From Balanoglossus misakiensis (taxonomy: Eukaryota; Animalia; Hemichordata), in contig CM082578.2 of the NCBI GenBank assembly GCA_040954595.2, forward strand, positions 5,438,831 to 5,502,830: a stretch of DNA of 64,000 nucleotides, given 5' to 3'. Below, piece by piece: positions 35,180 to 50,200 of this stretch. Under the pieces are notes generated by a model. That model saw nothing but the letters and a program-made list of their open reading frames with translations. It was not told where the DNA came from and did no database searches. Made by a program: the position numbers and the translations under genes. The first letter of the stretch is position 1; each line of letters starts with the position of its first letter.

Positions 35180-38100
35180 TCCGCCCGTAATTATTAGTCG
35201 GTGCGTCTCAGACATTCGGAAGCTCACACGCATGTGTCTCATGGACAGTGAGTAAAAACAACACCAAGAATATCTGATTGTACATTGTCTGTCTTATTGT
35301 CTGTGAGGGATTTTTGGATTTCTCTCCAGTGGTTGCAATTGACTCATCACTGATGTCAGTTTTCTGAAGTCAAAGTTCATGAGTGATGCATAGCACAGTG
35401 GTGAGGTGGAGTCAGGGCCTGCATTACATGCGTTGATGATTGGATGACTAGTCTGTCATTGTCATCTTGGGAGAAAAGTGGGCTGTGACGCTGTAAATTT
35501 GAACTTTTTTCCTTAACACCAAAAGTATTTGAGAAAATGATCAAGTAGATCATGAAACCTCAGCTGTACTATAATTTTTGGTCTTTTTCTTTTGAGTAAA
35601 ATCTTCACGCTGGCCCAGATCTGGCTTTCTTCTACAAATGTTAAGATTTAATCTCCCTCACTCACTCCAATTTTTTTTTTAATTAATTTTATTTGACGTA
35701 AGATTACTAATAGAGTTTGGTGAATCCCCCATATGAACCACTTGGCCATGAATTCAATGTAGGATCAGTGCAATATCCATGTGCATTGATGCTGTCATGG
35801 TGTGACTGTACTGGGAAACACAAGATGTACACTTGGATTGTGAAATGGTGTGCATTATGCTATCAAAAAACAGTGGGCGTATAGTAAATTTCAGGATTTG
35901 ATGAAGTGCGTGTTGTGAATTTTCAGATCATGATACGCACTGACTCATGATGATCCCAGTGTTTGGTTCGTAGCATACCATGTCACCTGTTGAGGGCGTA
36001 CTACAACAGTAGCATATGCTTGTAGTCATGAAACAATGTACAAAGTGGTATGGTTTGGATTCAAAAGTGTTATCCCATAAGTTGGTACAATGTACTGTAT
36101 GCACAAGTGTATGCACAGTGTTTATGGACTCATCAAGCCTAAAACACATTTAAACTGCTTGATTTGTTAAACCTCTATTCCCTGTGTGGTATAACAACAT
36201 TATGATGTTATTAGGGCGATACCAAAGGATTCAAGTTGCAAGTTGTCTTGATTTTCTTTGAATTAGAAGGCAGAAAAATAAATGCTATACAAGTTGAAAA
36301 GATACAGGTTTTTGCACCATTGGCCAGTGATGGTCAGAAATATGCAAATGTGTACAGCTCCATTTTAAATCATTGTACGTTCTATAAATGTGCCAGATTT
36401 TCTGAAATTTCTGGATTTAATGCATGGGATACCTGCATGGATTCGGTTATCAATGGTTTTGAAATGCCAAATATCCACTTTGTGAATTATGAAGATTAGT
36501 ATGGTGATATCTGTATTAACAGCCCCGGACTTTTAGAAAAGCTTGCTTTTCCATATTCTCTTCAACTTCAAGGACACCTGTATATAATGCCATCAAAAAT
36601 TGGCTAATTTGATTGAAGTTCAGCGAGCATAGAGGCTTTGAATATTTCCAAAATACACTCAGGAGCCAAAAATACATACAAAAAAGATTGTAGAGCAGTA
36701 AGACTTTGCTTGTGTATTAGTCACAGTTTTTTGGAACATTGTTAGTGGTAGCACTTAGTGCAAATGAATCCTTTAGTGTCGTCTTCAGGGCCTAATCTCT
36801 TGTGTAAATAATACACTGACTTGAAATTATTGATTTATATTTAAAAACATTTTTACAATTTATAAAATAGCTTTATCAATAATATTATGACAGAACATAT
36901 TATATTCTGTATATGACAAGCTGCACTGAAATGGTTGGTAGATGATCACATCATCAGAGGGACCAGCCATGGATGAAGCTGACAAGTTTTGAAAATAATG
37001 GATCTACAAATGTACATTTATGTACAATGTACATCAATGCCCATGGCTCCCGGAGTTTATAGTAAATCATTCGATGTTTTGTTTGATTGGAATATCTCTT
37101 AAGGAAGTGCTTATTGAGAGGCAATTTTCTTTTCACACTAGTTTTGGTGAACTGTGTGTGCTTAAGCTTTTAATGCAGCAGAAGTTTGACACACTTTTTC
37201 TTTTTTAAACTAGTTGTTTAGGTAATATAACTTATAAGTTGACTGGTGAATCTCCCCCCCCCCCAACTTTGTTGGTTGCTCCTTGTAGTGTGGTGTTAAT
37301 TACGGTACTGAAAATGTCTGCACACTTGCACAAGCAGTGTAAAATGAGCGCAAAGAAGCAGAAACACAGAAATAGTCTGTACGACTTCTGCATCGCTATT
37401 GGTTTCAATTTAAGTTTTGTTGTATACTTGTTGAAGTCAAAAGGTACTTCTTTGCATAAATGTTGCTTAGAAAGATTGTTTTTAATACAAGACTATTTAT
37501 TATGTACATTTATACCTGGCTTAGGACATTAGCTGTTTATCTTTCGTTGTTTGAGTGTTCTCACTTGTGTGCTGACTTTCGAAAGACGTGGCTGTAAATA
37601 TCTGTACAGCTATTTCAAATATTTTGTAGAGCTTACAATTGAAAGTATATATTTATTTGCATAATATAATTGTTAATCTGGTAGTGAAAAGAATCAGAGA
37701 AAATACTGAAGACCAGTTAGATTTGCTGCTGGTTAAATTTTTTTCCTTTGTTCCTGTAATGTTTAATTTCTTCATTTCTGCCTCTAACCAGACTTAGATG
37801 TATACGCAGACTATGCATACTTAATTTGTTATAAAATGATCAGTTTCAATAGTTACATGTAGCAAGACTAGATTACTTGTCTGAAAGAAGTTTTGTACTG
37901 TGTACAGTTGTTCATGGGATGGAGTTCACAAATGAAACATGATATCATAAATGAGAGGATTGTTGATGTATTTCAATCATGATATCACTGGATTGTTTTT
38001 ATTTCATTCTGGATGGTGTAGGCAATGGAACAAAGTTCTCTTACAAATTTAAAGCCCCAATAGCTGCTACTATTAGCATATTTTAAATCAGAAAAATACG

Positions 38101-41100
38101 TCAATCTATTCTTTATCCGGATGGTTTTGACAAACGACGCCACTTTGAGTAATTTGGGGTGATTCTACTACCCATGTGCGCATACCACGACAGTTTTCAC
38201 TCTTGCAATGGGCAGCTGTACATATAAACATGTACAGCCACATTCAGAGGTTGATGATATGTTTGTGTGTACCCACCAGTCAGCTCAATTGAATGGCCCA
38301 TTCTAAGTGTGAAAGTAAAATCATGAAGATAATTGAAAAAAATTGCAGCTAGTGAGGCTTTAATACCCGCATACTGTCTCATAGATACTTGCTGAATTAT
38401 GTTGAGGAGATCTGCAAAATGTAGGAGACAACATTTTCAACAGGTGTACATTGTTCTTGTCATGTTGAGCATGAGATGTGTAATCGACAAAAGGATTGTT
38501 TCTTGGTTGGTGGATTTCAGTTACAGATGTGAAGCTTTCCAAGCAGTGAAGCTTCTGTCTTCAGCTCGGGTCAAGGGGTCAAAATGCTGTGATGCATGTC
38601 ATGTCAAATTTCTCAATTGGATGGAGGTCAGTTTATTATAAATGCAGTATTTATTGAACAACAGAAGTTGTTTCATTTATGACTGCATCATATGGCTATA
38701 TCAGAGTGTACTGGATATCTGTTTCAGACCTTTTAGTATGTATTTAAGGCTTTGTATTTATGGCTTTGAAAGTGAGAAAGTGAAATTGCAATGTTTTTCG
38801 TGGTTTTTCTAGCTTTTGTACATCTACATGTGTAGGATGAAGCAGTCATGAAGCAGTGTGCTCCATTATTTGCGTGAAGGACAGCCTGCATCGTTGATCT
38901 CAATGACAAGCACCATTTCATACTGTTAGCAGTTTCTGTATTATTAAAAAAAAACTTTTGGTGGAATGTCATTTGTATGAGCCTCCAGTTTAGTCTACAG
39001 CTTTGAAAAAATTCCAGCTTCATTTCATTTCATTTTTCCTTTGCATGCATTCGGAATATGCCTTGCTCTGTTTTGATCACCCATTTATTGTAGTGGTCTC
39101 TACTGCCATACTGCAGCTGCACTTTTTGAAATTTGAAAAGAAAATAGCAATCATTTATTTTTTTTTAAATGGCAATCATTGCCTTGGTGGGTAATTTTGT
39201 GAGATGCTGTTCTGTGACTTGTAAAATCTCATCACATTGGTCAATACATCAGAATCCTTGGGTTACTCCATCCAGCCATATTTGTCAGTGCCTCTCTATA
39301 CATCAAACTGAACTAGGCATCTATGGTATTTGACTTGTATTGGTTGTTCTAGTTATCTAAAATAATTTTTTTTATTTGCATTTCTGTGGCTACTTAAATT
39401 AAAGAAAATTTGAATGTGATAAGAGGCACACTATAAAAATGAAAATGCTACTGTGGTAAGGTCATGCAGGGGTCCTGACCTTGAGTGACCCATGCAGGTA
39501 CTGCCAGCAGTGATATTGTGTGTATGATTACATGAAAACAGTGGACTCTTAATGAGTTGTTGGTGTCAAGGTTTTGTTACAGATATTTGACAGTGTCACA
39601 TAGCCTTATGTGAAGGTACATGTACATGTATTACTAGAGTTGGAAACATAATGTAACACTGACTTGGCCTATTACTGCAACTGAATGAAGTTTGACTCAG
39701 TATAAATATTGCCAAATATATGTGAAGTTAACACCCTCAGATTAGTTCTTTATTCAACATGGATATCTAGCATAAATTAAGATACATACTGTTTGCAAGG
39801 GTCAAAATATTTTGTATTCTTTCCAGTGATGGATGACAGATCTACTGAAAATTCTTTAAAGATTACAGCTGCTAATCCACTTCAGGTTGTACTTTTGCCA
39901 ATATTGTCCTCAAGGATACTTCATAAATGTTCTCTTTTTTAAGAAAAAAAAAGAGGAAAAACAGGGCTACTGTGCAAATAGTGGATTGGAAGAATGAAAT
40001 TCTCTTTAATTTACCGAATAATTTAAATTCAAAATGGCTGCCAAATACCGCTTTTCATTTGCTTGAAAACAGGATAGGGGACACCTGAGTCTTTAAAATG
40101 ATTTCCACAGATACTTGAGTGTGACACTGAATTAGGGTATACAGAGGATGTCTGTATTTGCAGAACGTCTGTGTGCAAGATGCACTTGATCAGAGAAAAC
40201 TATCACACATACCTGTGCATCCTACCAGTTTGTTTACGTCTTGTTAGCCTATTTTCAGTTCAATGTACTAGTATTCATTCAATTGTTGGGTTGTTACAAA
40301 AATTACTTTCTGAGATTCTGAGTTTTAAAAAAATCGAATCAAAAGAAATAACGTCTCTGTTGTGTATCCTAACTGGTATCTCGAGCTTCCTTCATACTTA
40401 TCTTGCATGAAGTATTAAATTAAACATAGATATTTAGCTGTCAACCATATATTTGATAATAGTTTATTTTTTCTATATATATATCATTTGTTTTCAGTTC
40501 AACTTTGACAGAAGCCTGTAGTTATGTTTGCCCATTGTAACTCTATTGGACTGTACATTTTTACTTGAAGTAAAATAAATCACTTACAAATTATGCATTT
40601 TGGCTAGTTTGCCGTGACTATTATAATGTCCTATCGAAACTTAAGTGTTTGGCTATATGTAAATTGAAGCGATGGTTTGAAAAAGGAAAGGCGGTATGAG
40701 CAACTAAGTTGAAAATTAGCATCTAAGTTAAAAATTAGCATATTCATAACGCCCTCAACGGTTAAAAAACAGAAGCATGTCCACATGCTGCCGTTGGTGG
40801 CGTCCAATCAAACCGTGAGTACAACTTCACCCAGCTCAGCTGGGCCCAGGGCAATGTGTTGCCGATAAAGTTTGTATTTTATCGTAGTATCTTAGAATTC
40901 AGTAAGAATGCATTTCCCTCGCCGACGTCTATTCAGACAGTATATCGATGGATGCATATTAATGATTTCAATATCCCCAAGTCAAATCACATAACAACTC
41001 ATCGGTTATAAACTTTGCGAATATAATCGCAGCTGAGCTGATTGGCGACGAAATTTATTGACCGTATATCATTCGCTCGGCCGCTCAGCTAAATTTAGGC

Positions 41101-42724
41101 CACAATTGTCGACCTACATCGATTGCGGTTCAGTGAGGATGGAGTTGCATTGCTTTTTTTGACTACATCCCATGAACGGTGGAGAAAAAGCTACTAGTAT
41201 AACCAATTATATTTCGCTGACATACTGCAGAACAAACAGTGATCGCCGGCTGCTGGCGGCGTCACTGCTTGTGTCATTCGGAGCGCCTGTTCGAGGTCTG
41301 GTGAACAAGACTAACGATGACTTTGCGGCGCTCTTGGAAGGGCCAGTGTGTAGAAGTTGAAACATGATTGATAAACTCCGATAAAGTAACAAGTGTAACC
41401 CGACCGCTTTAACCGAAGAACTCAAACTTTCTGACCCTCGAGCCGCTCCATGCACGAGCGTTGGAACACAAAAAGAGATCAAATCATGTCGCACGACACA
41501 AATTTTCTGTATCGTATTAATCAACTTTGGGATTCAAAAATGCCAAATTTGTCGTTTGATACGAAGTTACATAATTACCGTGTCATGGTGATTAAGTGGT
41601 TAACGGTGTGACGCCAGAATACAGAAAATTGATTTGAAGCCCTTGTCGACTGATATATTCAGTTTAAACGGCACTTCTAAAAATTCAAGATGAAATTGAA
41701 GAAGAGCCTTTTTCTCTGTGGGCCTTTTTGGCAAAATATTCATTTTACAGAATCTCAGCAAGGTATTCCCATGATTATTCGCCTGGCGTGGTTAATTAAT
41801 TTGTGATGCCCTTCAAGTTTTGAATGATGTCTAGACGTATTAGTCATTTAGGATTAACAAAATTTTGGCCGCATCGTGTGAAAATCTATGACAGTTTAAC
41901 GTCGAGGTAAAACATGGCAAACAGTCATCGGCGAAATGATACTGAAGACGTTTACTAAAAGCAACAGGTTCCACAAAATCTCGGACTCTAAGAACGGGTA
42001 CTAGTTTTGTCTGTAGTCATATGGGAAGGTATAAATTGACTTTGGAAATAAATCTAGGGTTGCTGCCCCCCGTGTGCCTGTAGAAAGTAAGCTGTTTATA
42101 ATGTATCACCATTTGTATAAACTAGAAGCGATCTATGGGAATGCTGTGAACGGCTTGTACTATTCCTATATTTGACCGATCTGAAATGTCGTATTTTCTG
42201 TCATGGCTCAGTTGCACTAGTTTCTACCGCTTGCACTGCCCGCCCAGTGCAGCCCTTAAACTTCCCAAAGTTATCAAGTAACAACAACAAAGCTGATACT
42301 CATTCAAGTAAGATGAACGACAGACGCATTTTGTAAAAATAATATCTCCGAGGAAAGAAAGCTAAGGGTAGTCGTGGAAATTATCAGAGTTTCCGATTTC
42401 TATCATCAACCTTATGTTAAAAAAATACCACCCACCACTGCACACGCGGCCTGTAGACATTCAAATTTCCTCGCAAACGTGAGGACAATGCCCTCAGATG
42501 GATTCAGACTAGTCTACACCTGCTCATTCTTAAAAAACTACATTGGTACACTCGCCAGATTTTATTGGTATTTGTGGCCAGAGATTGCCATCACCGGCTT
42601 TCAGATGCAAGCCCTGATTATACCTACATTCATACACCTGCACAAGCGACACACGCCTACATGTGGAAAGAGGTGTTTGAAATCCAGAGATGTCCGTTGC
42701 TATGACGACCGCAGATGGGATATG

Positions 42725-42845
42725 ATAAATAATTTATGTAGAACTATATAGCATCCATCAAAAATGTTCACTGGCGCTTTATAATCGCTCACACAGGTAA
42801 GCTCTCACCGAGAAATAAGTCTTAAGCCTAAGCTTTGATAAACGG
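42725..42845 (-). mobile_element. Degenerate L2-type LINE 3' terminal remnant
   Basis: Minus strand encodes KLRLKTYF, followed by AAAGCGCCAGTGAACA...GCTATATA; same architecture as the 6015-6235 remnant. Confidence 0.45.
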
Positions 42846-44905
42846 CGGCTTTTTTTAAAACCCCATGATATATACATTAAAACGAAAAGAAGGAGCGTTG
42901 GAGGGTCAGTGGCCGACGAGAATATCAGATACGGTGTGGTGTCAATCAATTCTTGTAGCCAACCTTTGCATTGCTCAGTGTACTGCACTGGGTTTAAGAT
43001 TAGACCAAACTCACAGTAGTTGATGAATTTGATGCCCTTTAGTTTGTGCTTAGGCAAGCGGGCACAACAATTGTATGATGTTTCCCTTTCCCGTGACGTT
43101 TACAGTGATATCATCGGCTCGCATCATTTTGGGCCAATTTTCCAAGTACTGGATTAGATACAGAAATGTATTTCTAATCGTTCCACGGGGATTCAAAATA
43201 ATGTTATTTAGGATGTTAACATCGATGTTATCAATTAGCCAAATTGCACGAATATTAATACCAGATAATTACAGGGTCTACAGCTTGGCCTAAACACGGT
43301 TCCGACGTCGGATTGGATTTTAATCGTATCCTATGTTCGGTATTAAATTTTGAAGAAACGCTCCCGAACGATTAAGAAAATTGTGCTGAAAAATCTCAGT
43401 TAAATGCAAATCAGCAATGACGCAAGAATATCACAAAATGCAGTGCACACGTGTTTTACAGCTACAACACATACACAGGAAACGGGCAACAGTGCACAGC
43501 GCACGTACGCTCTCCTTGAGAGGAACCCACATTTCCTCGTGTATATTGACAAATTCAGTAAAGTGGTTATGACTACCATGTGTTTGTTGTATAAACTGGT
43601 GGATAAATGAATACAGTCAACGCCGCCACACCGTAGATACTACACCTCCAAAACTTTGGAGACAGGTTTGGCAGCGCCGAAAAGCGAAGACAGGCTAAAG
43701 TCATTATGGCGGGAAACGCTTGCCCGTGTTGTATACACTAACCGTCCTCGCTGTGTCATCACGCCAGATTGAAATGGTGACATTATAGGCAAACGCGACT
43801 TAAACAAATCTTGTACGAGTACATTTTTTTTCTGGAACGAACTGAACCGCAGAGGCAACGTCCGGTGTATGTACATCATTAGTGCAGAGTGCGACCTGTT
43901 TGCAAATGGTGACGTCACTTTATTAAGCAATTGTCAAGTGGCCGCTTTTATTACGGGGTTAGAAACTTTCTCGGTACGACAGATTTTCCGTGCAGACACT
44001 AAGTACGTGCAACGAAACTCGTTCTCGACAGAATAAAGCAAATTAATAAGTGTTTATGTCCCAAGAAGGTCTTTAAAATAACAAACATATTAACGGGACA
44101 TTCACCCAAACAGAGGGCACGGAATATAAATAGACAGTGGACTTCTCACGCTTTCCTTGAAAGAAGAGTAAGTACTGTCATTGATTGGCGCTAATCATAA
44201 AACATGCTTATATGATATTTGTCTGCTTTGTTTTACAAACAGTCGCTAAACGTTGCAGACGACGGTTTGTGCACGTAGGCGGCGGTGAAATACGGAATCG
44301 ACTCCCCTCACTTGAAAACAGAAATGGGCTAAAAGTAAATTAATCATACCTTCCATCTGTTGGCGCTGGACATTAGCTATCAAAATACATGTAATCCGTT
44401 TTCACACATGCTATCGACGAAATTGCAATCTGCTCTGACACTTAACAGACATGATCGAAAGTGTTGAAAACGAGGAAAAAGTAATTCCGGCTTCAAAATT
44501 TTGGCGGGAAAACATCATTCAGGGCTTGAAAGATGGGCACCGTTTTCGGCGGATCACTGAAGCCCGCACTTGTCACAGTTACCGTGTTATAACAGGAGCG
44601 CAACCCACAAGGTGTCAGACATCTTTTGCACTTGGACTCAAAGTGTCACAGGTTGTAATAAGTCTAACAAGATTCTATACGGGGGCACTTTCTTCGTGGT
44701 CGTATCGACTGGTGTTTCCATGTGACGACAACCCAGTATCATATGATTACAAACGTACATCACTTACGTACTACTCGGGTTCAGTGATTCACTTGTATTA
44801 AAACTCAAGTTGACACAGATAACCAGCAATCCTACACTGCGGCCGAGAATGAAATTTCAGCTTACCTTTGAAGTTATTAGACATTAAAGGCAACAATTTT
44901 AGACA

Positions 44906-44985
44906 GGGGGGTGGGGAGGGACGGAGGGAGGGAGGGAGGGGGAGGGGAGGGGAGGGGAGGGGAGGGGAGGGGAGGGGATAGAGGA
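44906..44985. repeat. (GGGGA/GGGA)n polypurine tract, G-quadruplex potential
   Basis: Directly visible G-run repeats. Confidence 0.85.
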
Positions 44986-46099
44986 GCAAGGGAGAGATAA
45001 TACACATGTAGGTGGATAGATCTATATATAGTTAAGTGAACGAGAAAGAGAGAGAGAGAGAGACAGACAGACAGACCTTTCGTGACTTAAATCACGCCTG
45101 AAAAGTGTTTAGATGATAGCACTAAAGTTCATCTTCGCATATGTAAATGGCTGATATTGAACCGAAATACTTAGAGCTTTGTTATTCAGGTGGTGATCCG
45201 TAAACGTTACCGAAAGTCGAACTTCTTATAAATGGTAAAAATCCGGGAAAAGCATTGTATGGAAAAAATTGTGTGTTGCGATTAGTATGAGTTCAGACGT
45301 ATTTGCCGACGCGTGTCATAAATAGAATAAATAGACTTCCGAAAAGCGTTGGCGACGAAATTCGACTAACTGCACCATTAGTAGTGTCACTTGCGACCTT
45401 CTGTTGCCACATGTCGTTTTTTCGAGTAATTACAGGCTAGGACATTTCCTGACTATAAGTGAAAACATATATACAGTAATCATATTTATTCACATGTATA
45501 AACAGTACTTGTATTTCAAGGTGTTCCCGAGTACACCCATTACAGCTGCAACTATTAAAGTCACCGGGAAGTAGGCGGGTTCCACCAAAAGTCTTGACTG
45601 AAAGTATTGGGGGGGGGGGGATACGGCATAATGGGTGTACTCAACCAATTCCTTAGATCTTCATCTGTATCTGTACATGTAAACCTGTGTGTGACAGTTT
45701 TTTTCTCGAAATATACATGTAGAGTTGCCCCGGTGATGCCGTATACAAACATTACATTTTGACATCACAAGGCCTTGACTCCAAGCACAGCATGGGATAT
45801 AAAACGTCAACTACACGAATATTTTGTTTTGGCCGTCCTTTTCTTGTGAGTAAATTGTTGATGGTGGACAAGAGGAAACCAACAGCAGCGAATAAACACT
45901 TTATTGGAAATGTAATGAATGCAACTGAAGTCAAAGAAGACCGAAGCACCATGTGGCTGTCGCGTCTTTTCGTTTGCCGAGCCGATTGGCCGCTTTGGAT
46001 TGTTACAAGCCGACAGTTTATTTAGGAACTATACAGGAACCGTCTACATGTATCTCTGGTCATGGAATTTCTGCCCGGTGTGTTAGTTGGTTGCTTTGA

Positions 46100-46330
46100 T
46101 GGGTTGGTGGGTGGGGTGGGGTGGGGTGGGGTGGGGGTGGGGGTGGGGGTGGTTTGGTAGAACTGTTGCATGGCTGGCTGGTCAGTCAGACGGATGGATG
46201 GAAGGTCAGTCATTTAGTCAGATTGATGGCTGGCTGGCTGGATGGGTGAATCGATTGATGAGATGGATGGATGGATGGATGGATGGATAGACGGATGGAT
46301 GGAAGAGTTTGTGGATGGATGGATGGATGT
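46100..46330. repeat. (GGGGT)n and (GGAT)n low-complexity tract
   Basis: Directly visible. Confidence 0.85.
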
Positions 46331-47159
46331 AAGGTCAGTCAGTCATTCATATAGATAAATGTATGGACAGACGGATGATGGGTCGACTGAATTTATGAAA
46401 TGATGAATCGACCGATGGATGGTTTCAAGTTGGGTGGGGCGGTTGATTCATGTGGATGGGCAAATGAGTCTTTGGTTGCTTAGTTGGTTGACTTCATGAA
46501 CGGATTGGTGATCAGACCGTTGTTAAAGGGGTGCGTATGTGTGTGCAGTTGTTCACGTTTTTATTACATACAGAGAGATACCGGTAGACTGGTAGAGCGA
46601 GAGGTGTGTTTGTTGTGCGTTCACATTCGTAAATGGAAGGGTGGTCTTTTTGGACATGTAGGTAGAGCTTATTCGGCTGCGCGGGTGGTGGATGAAACAA
46701 CGATCGACAAATCAATAAACGTACAGCAGAACAAAATGATTTATCAATGAAGTTTTCCCCGAAAGAGCATGGGAACACCAGCAACTGAACCCATGCAAAC
46801 ACAAACACGAATACAATTTATGAAGTTGATGACAGAGTAGCAGATAGGAGTCATTTTCCAAGTAGCCTGGAAGCTTGGCCTGGAAACCCTGCTGTCGCCG
46901 GGGGTTGGCCCTGTTGCGTTATTTACACCGGGAAGAATGTCCTGACTAGTAATTCGATGCTCATCAATAAAATGGACAATTAAAATAGAAGCAGTAATAA
47001 ATGTCTGACATGAGCGGCAACTATGCAGATTTATAAGACACCTTGACAGATTACATGTATCTAATCCAGCCTCTCTGATTTACTGCACTTACGCAATGCC
47101 GTGGAACTCAGTAGTCATGCAGGGCCTACACTGCTTCACTTGATAACCACCCTTTGCTA

Positions 47160-47231
47160 TAGCCTAGTACCTCGCCGTATTTTGTCCGCTTTGTTTCTAA
47201 AACTTACAAAATACGTCGAGGTACTAGGCCA
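47160..47231. mobile_element. Hairpin MITE with perfect 9-bp TSD (Academ-like)
   Basis: CCTTTGCTA|TAGCCTAGTACCTCGCCGTATTTTGT...ACAAAATACGTCGAGGTACTAGGCCA|CCTTTGCTA (TSDs 47151-47159 and 47232-47240). Confidence 0.85.
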
Positions 47232-50200
47232 CCTTTGCTATAGCTGAAGTCAAGTCTCGCCCTACAATGCCTGAATTCTCTTCAGGCATAGGCATAGGCA
47301 ATAAAAATCAACAATTTTATGGTCAAAGACGGCTGTTTGAGATGAGGAATAGACAAAACATTTTATTATCATCGCGACAAATTTACAACACCTGGAAAAT
47401 ACAGTAATACGATACAATACAATACACTATAATTATGCAATCAAATGATACAAAATGCACTTGAGTAATTCTGCACCAAGAAAGTGCAATGGTCCAGATA
47501 CAAATTGTCTCGGAATCGTGGTTTATACATTCGGATAGCGAATTCGGACTAGTGGGGAACTTTGGGGTGAATTGACTATACTAATCTACGACTAGGGTGG
47601 AACATACATTTGTAAGATAGTGAAAGATTGATGAACATTGCACTGTGAGTCCCTGCACTCACAGTGGGCATTGCAAATATATAGCACCAATAACATTAAA
47701 TCTTCGTTCCGGTGTGATTGCTTTTCACGTGTCCACTAAACAAGGTTAAATTAATTACTCCCCGCAGTATTGATGACAGTGTCTTATCCTTGAGATAAAA
47801 GCACACCTGCCAGGTACTAGTACATGTATCTCCTGTTGCTTATACACTTATGTTATTTGGTTCTTAATCGCCGTTTACACATCACCTGTGTTAAATTAGG
47901 AACATTTACCTAGGAACATTTTACATGTATAAACCCTATCTATTAGTTTTCTCGTTGTCACAGGATTTCTCTCCCCAATATCGACACGAGCGACCGACGC
48001 CCAGCTTAATTCAAACTTTCAACATATTCAATGAATTATTGGGGTGAGGGGTTCAGTACTTGACTGGGAAATTCCTTCAAATCGACTTCTGTGTGGGTCA
48101 GTACATTTGGCAAGAGGGAGACCACCAGCACGGCATGAAATATAACACTTTGGATGCAATCTCTACGTAAACCGTTGTGTCATATGTTGCGCTGAGTTTT
48201 AATGAGAGGCGTTGGCAACCTCGATATGACGGCGCGGTGCGTGTAATATAAGAGAAACTGTCACAGGAATCTGCATATCTGACATACCATACCTAACATT
48301 AACACACGTCACTTCAATTGAGTGGAAAAAATTCTCCGAACGGCGAAATCTATTTTCACCGTCAGTTAAAGTTAAAAATGAGAAGATAGCTCTCCGTTAA
48401 TTAGTTTTCTTGCGAGAAGATTTCTTTTAATAACCGCGCTTGCGTCAAGGGAGAAGTCCCGGAGAAATATTCTGAATAGTGATAATATCTTGTTATGATA
48501 AAAAGATATCAGTTAGACAGACTGGAACGTCTGCAAGGCATCGGAGTTAACAACATCATTAGGCCAATATCTCAAATTCGGGATTGTGTTTGAGTTGAAG
48601 GGCCGTTCCTTTTTTGACAAAGTAAGCTTACCGCCTAATTTGTAGATCTCTTCGACAAATCATTACACTACAGCAGGCCTTTCCTTGAAATCTGGACGAC
48701 ATACATTGCATGAAACCTGGAAAACATTAGACACTACGATGTTGTAAATAAACATGGCTTTTGTTTTACCGAATCAAAATGAATGAGGCGTCATTCCACG
48801 GGCACGCTATGCTATAGAGTTGGGAAGGGTTTGGATATGATACCAGTATCTTATCTACAATCCACCTTTAAAATCAACTGAAACGTCTCCAATAATTAGG
48901 CCTAATACTGAATAAAGGAATCTTATGCAAATAAAATAATATTTTTGCTACAGGACTATATTGTCTTGAACCAAAGGCAAATTATATGTACGCCATCTAG
49001 CTCAGTGTGTAGTATAATAGACCTCGTGAATAGGATAGGGCCACAGATAAAGATAAGATGTTTTCTTTTTGTGGATAGCCATATCGTCCCTGTGGATTTT
49101 TTTTATCAAAAGCAACCGATAGGTACAGCACCCGTATTACACTGTCATGGCCCCATCAGGTCTAAAGTAGTATTGCAACGCCTGAAGTCACCCATATATT
49201 GTTGTCAGATTTTGCTTGTTTAGGTACATCAGCTGTTTGCGCTATATGTCCTGTATCTGATCGTCAGCTACTCTTGTTAATCTCGCGAGACTTGAATTGG
49301 TGAAGTTCGGTGAACTGCCTTGATGGAAATCAAGGGGTTAAACGAAGTCTGAGGGTCTTCTAGAGGTTGAGATAAATACAAATTGAATATTTCAGGCATT
49401 ATAATCTAAAGATGCTTTGATCATAATATGAGAACAAGACTAGTAATCATGGCATTTATTTTCTAGGCGCTACCTTGGATTAAATGCCTTAAAATTGCTG
49501 TACTGTAGTATGCGAAGCCTTAATTTTCAACACTGAACTAGTTGTGGTTAAATCTTCGCGTCCAGACATGTTATTTTTGCGGTGGAAATTTAAAACCAGA
49601 AAAAATATCAGCTCCAAGTTGTTCCGAGGTATGTGTGGCACCGCCGAAGATATTTATGTCACTTATATTTCATGGCTGACTTGCAGTTACCCTCGTGTTT
49701 ATTTTACGCCGCGATCTTCTCACACACGCGCACCACATCTATCTCCCGCCGTTCAAATACTGACCCCGTCCCCGGTTGGTATTCTAGGTCTGAGTCTATG
49801 ACATCCCACACGCGATCAAGTGTAGGCATCTCTGACAAATGAAATATACAAAGCAGCAGACGAGATCCAAACGTTCAAGGGAATTGAAGGAACTGGCAAC
49901 CCAACACGATAACACTCAGCTTCCATGATGAAAACAATCTTCCAGGCGCAAGAAATAAACCGCTTTATAGGGCGCAGTACTTACGAATCGGTACCGTTGC
50001 CCAGCTTTACGATGGTTCTTTCCCATTCGTATTTATTTTCACTGTCGGTAGTTGCAAGGAGAGTGGCGGTCAAATTGCAACGCTCAATGACAAGTGCAGA
50101 AGAAAGACAAGTGGTCATATAATGAACGGATATGTATTTGGTTTCCGATGAAAGCCATTAAAAGTGACACTGTGAGGCCAAAATCGCACATGATGACGTG

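Noticed and set aside
41581-41645. tRNA-like box A/box B sequence
   Set aside because: Too degenerate for a tRNA; at most an old SINE head.
49710-49835. In-frame TGA as a possible selenocysteine
   Set aside because: No resemblance to known selenoprotein families and no convincing SECIS stem by eye; mentioned only as a test under the orphan-promoter finding.
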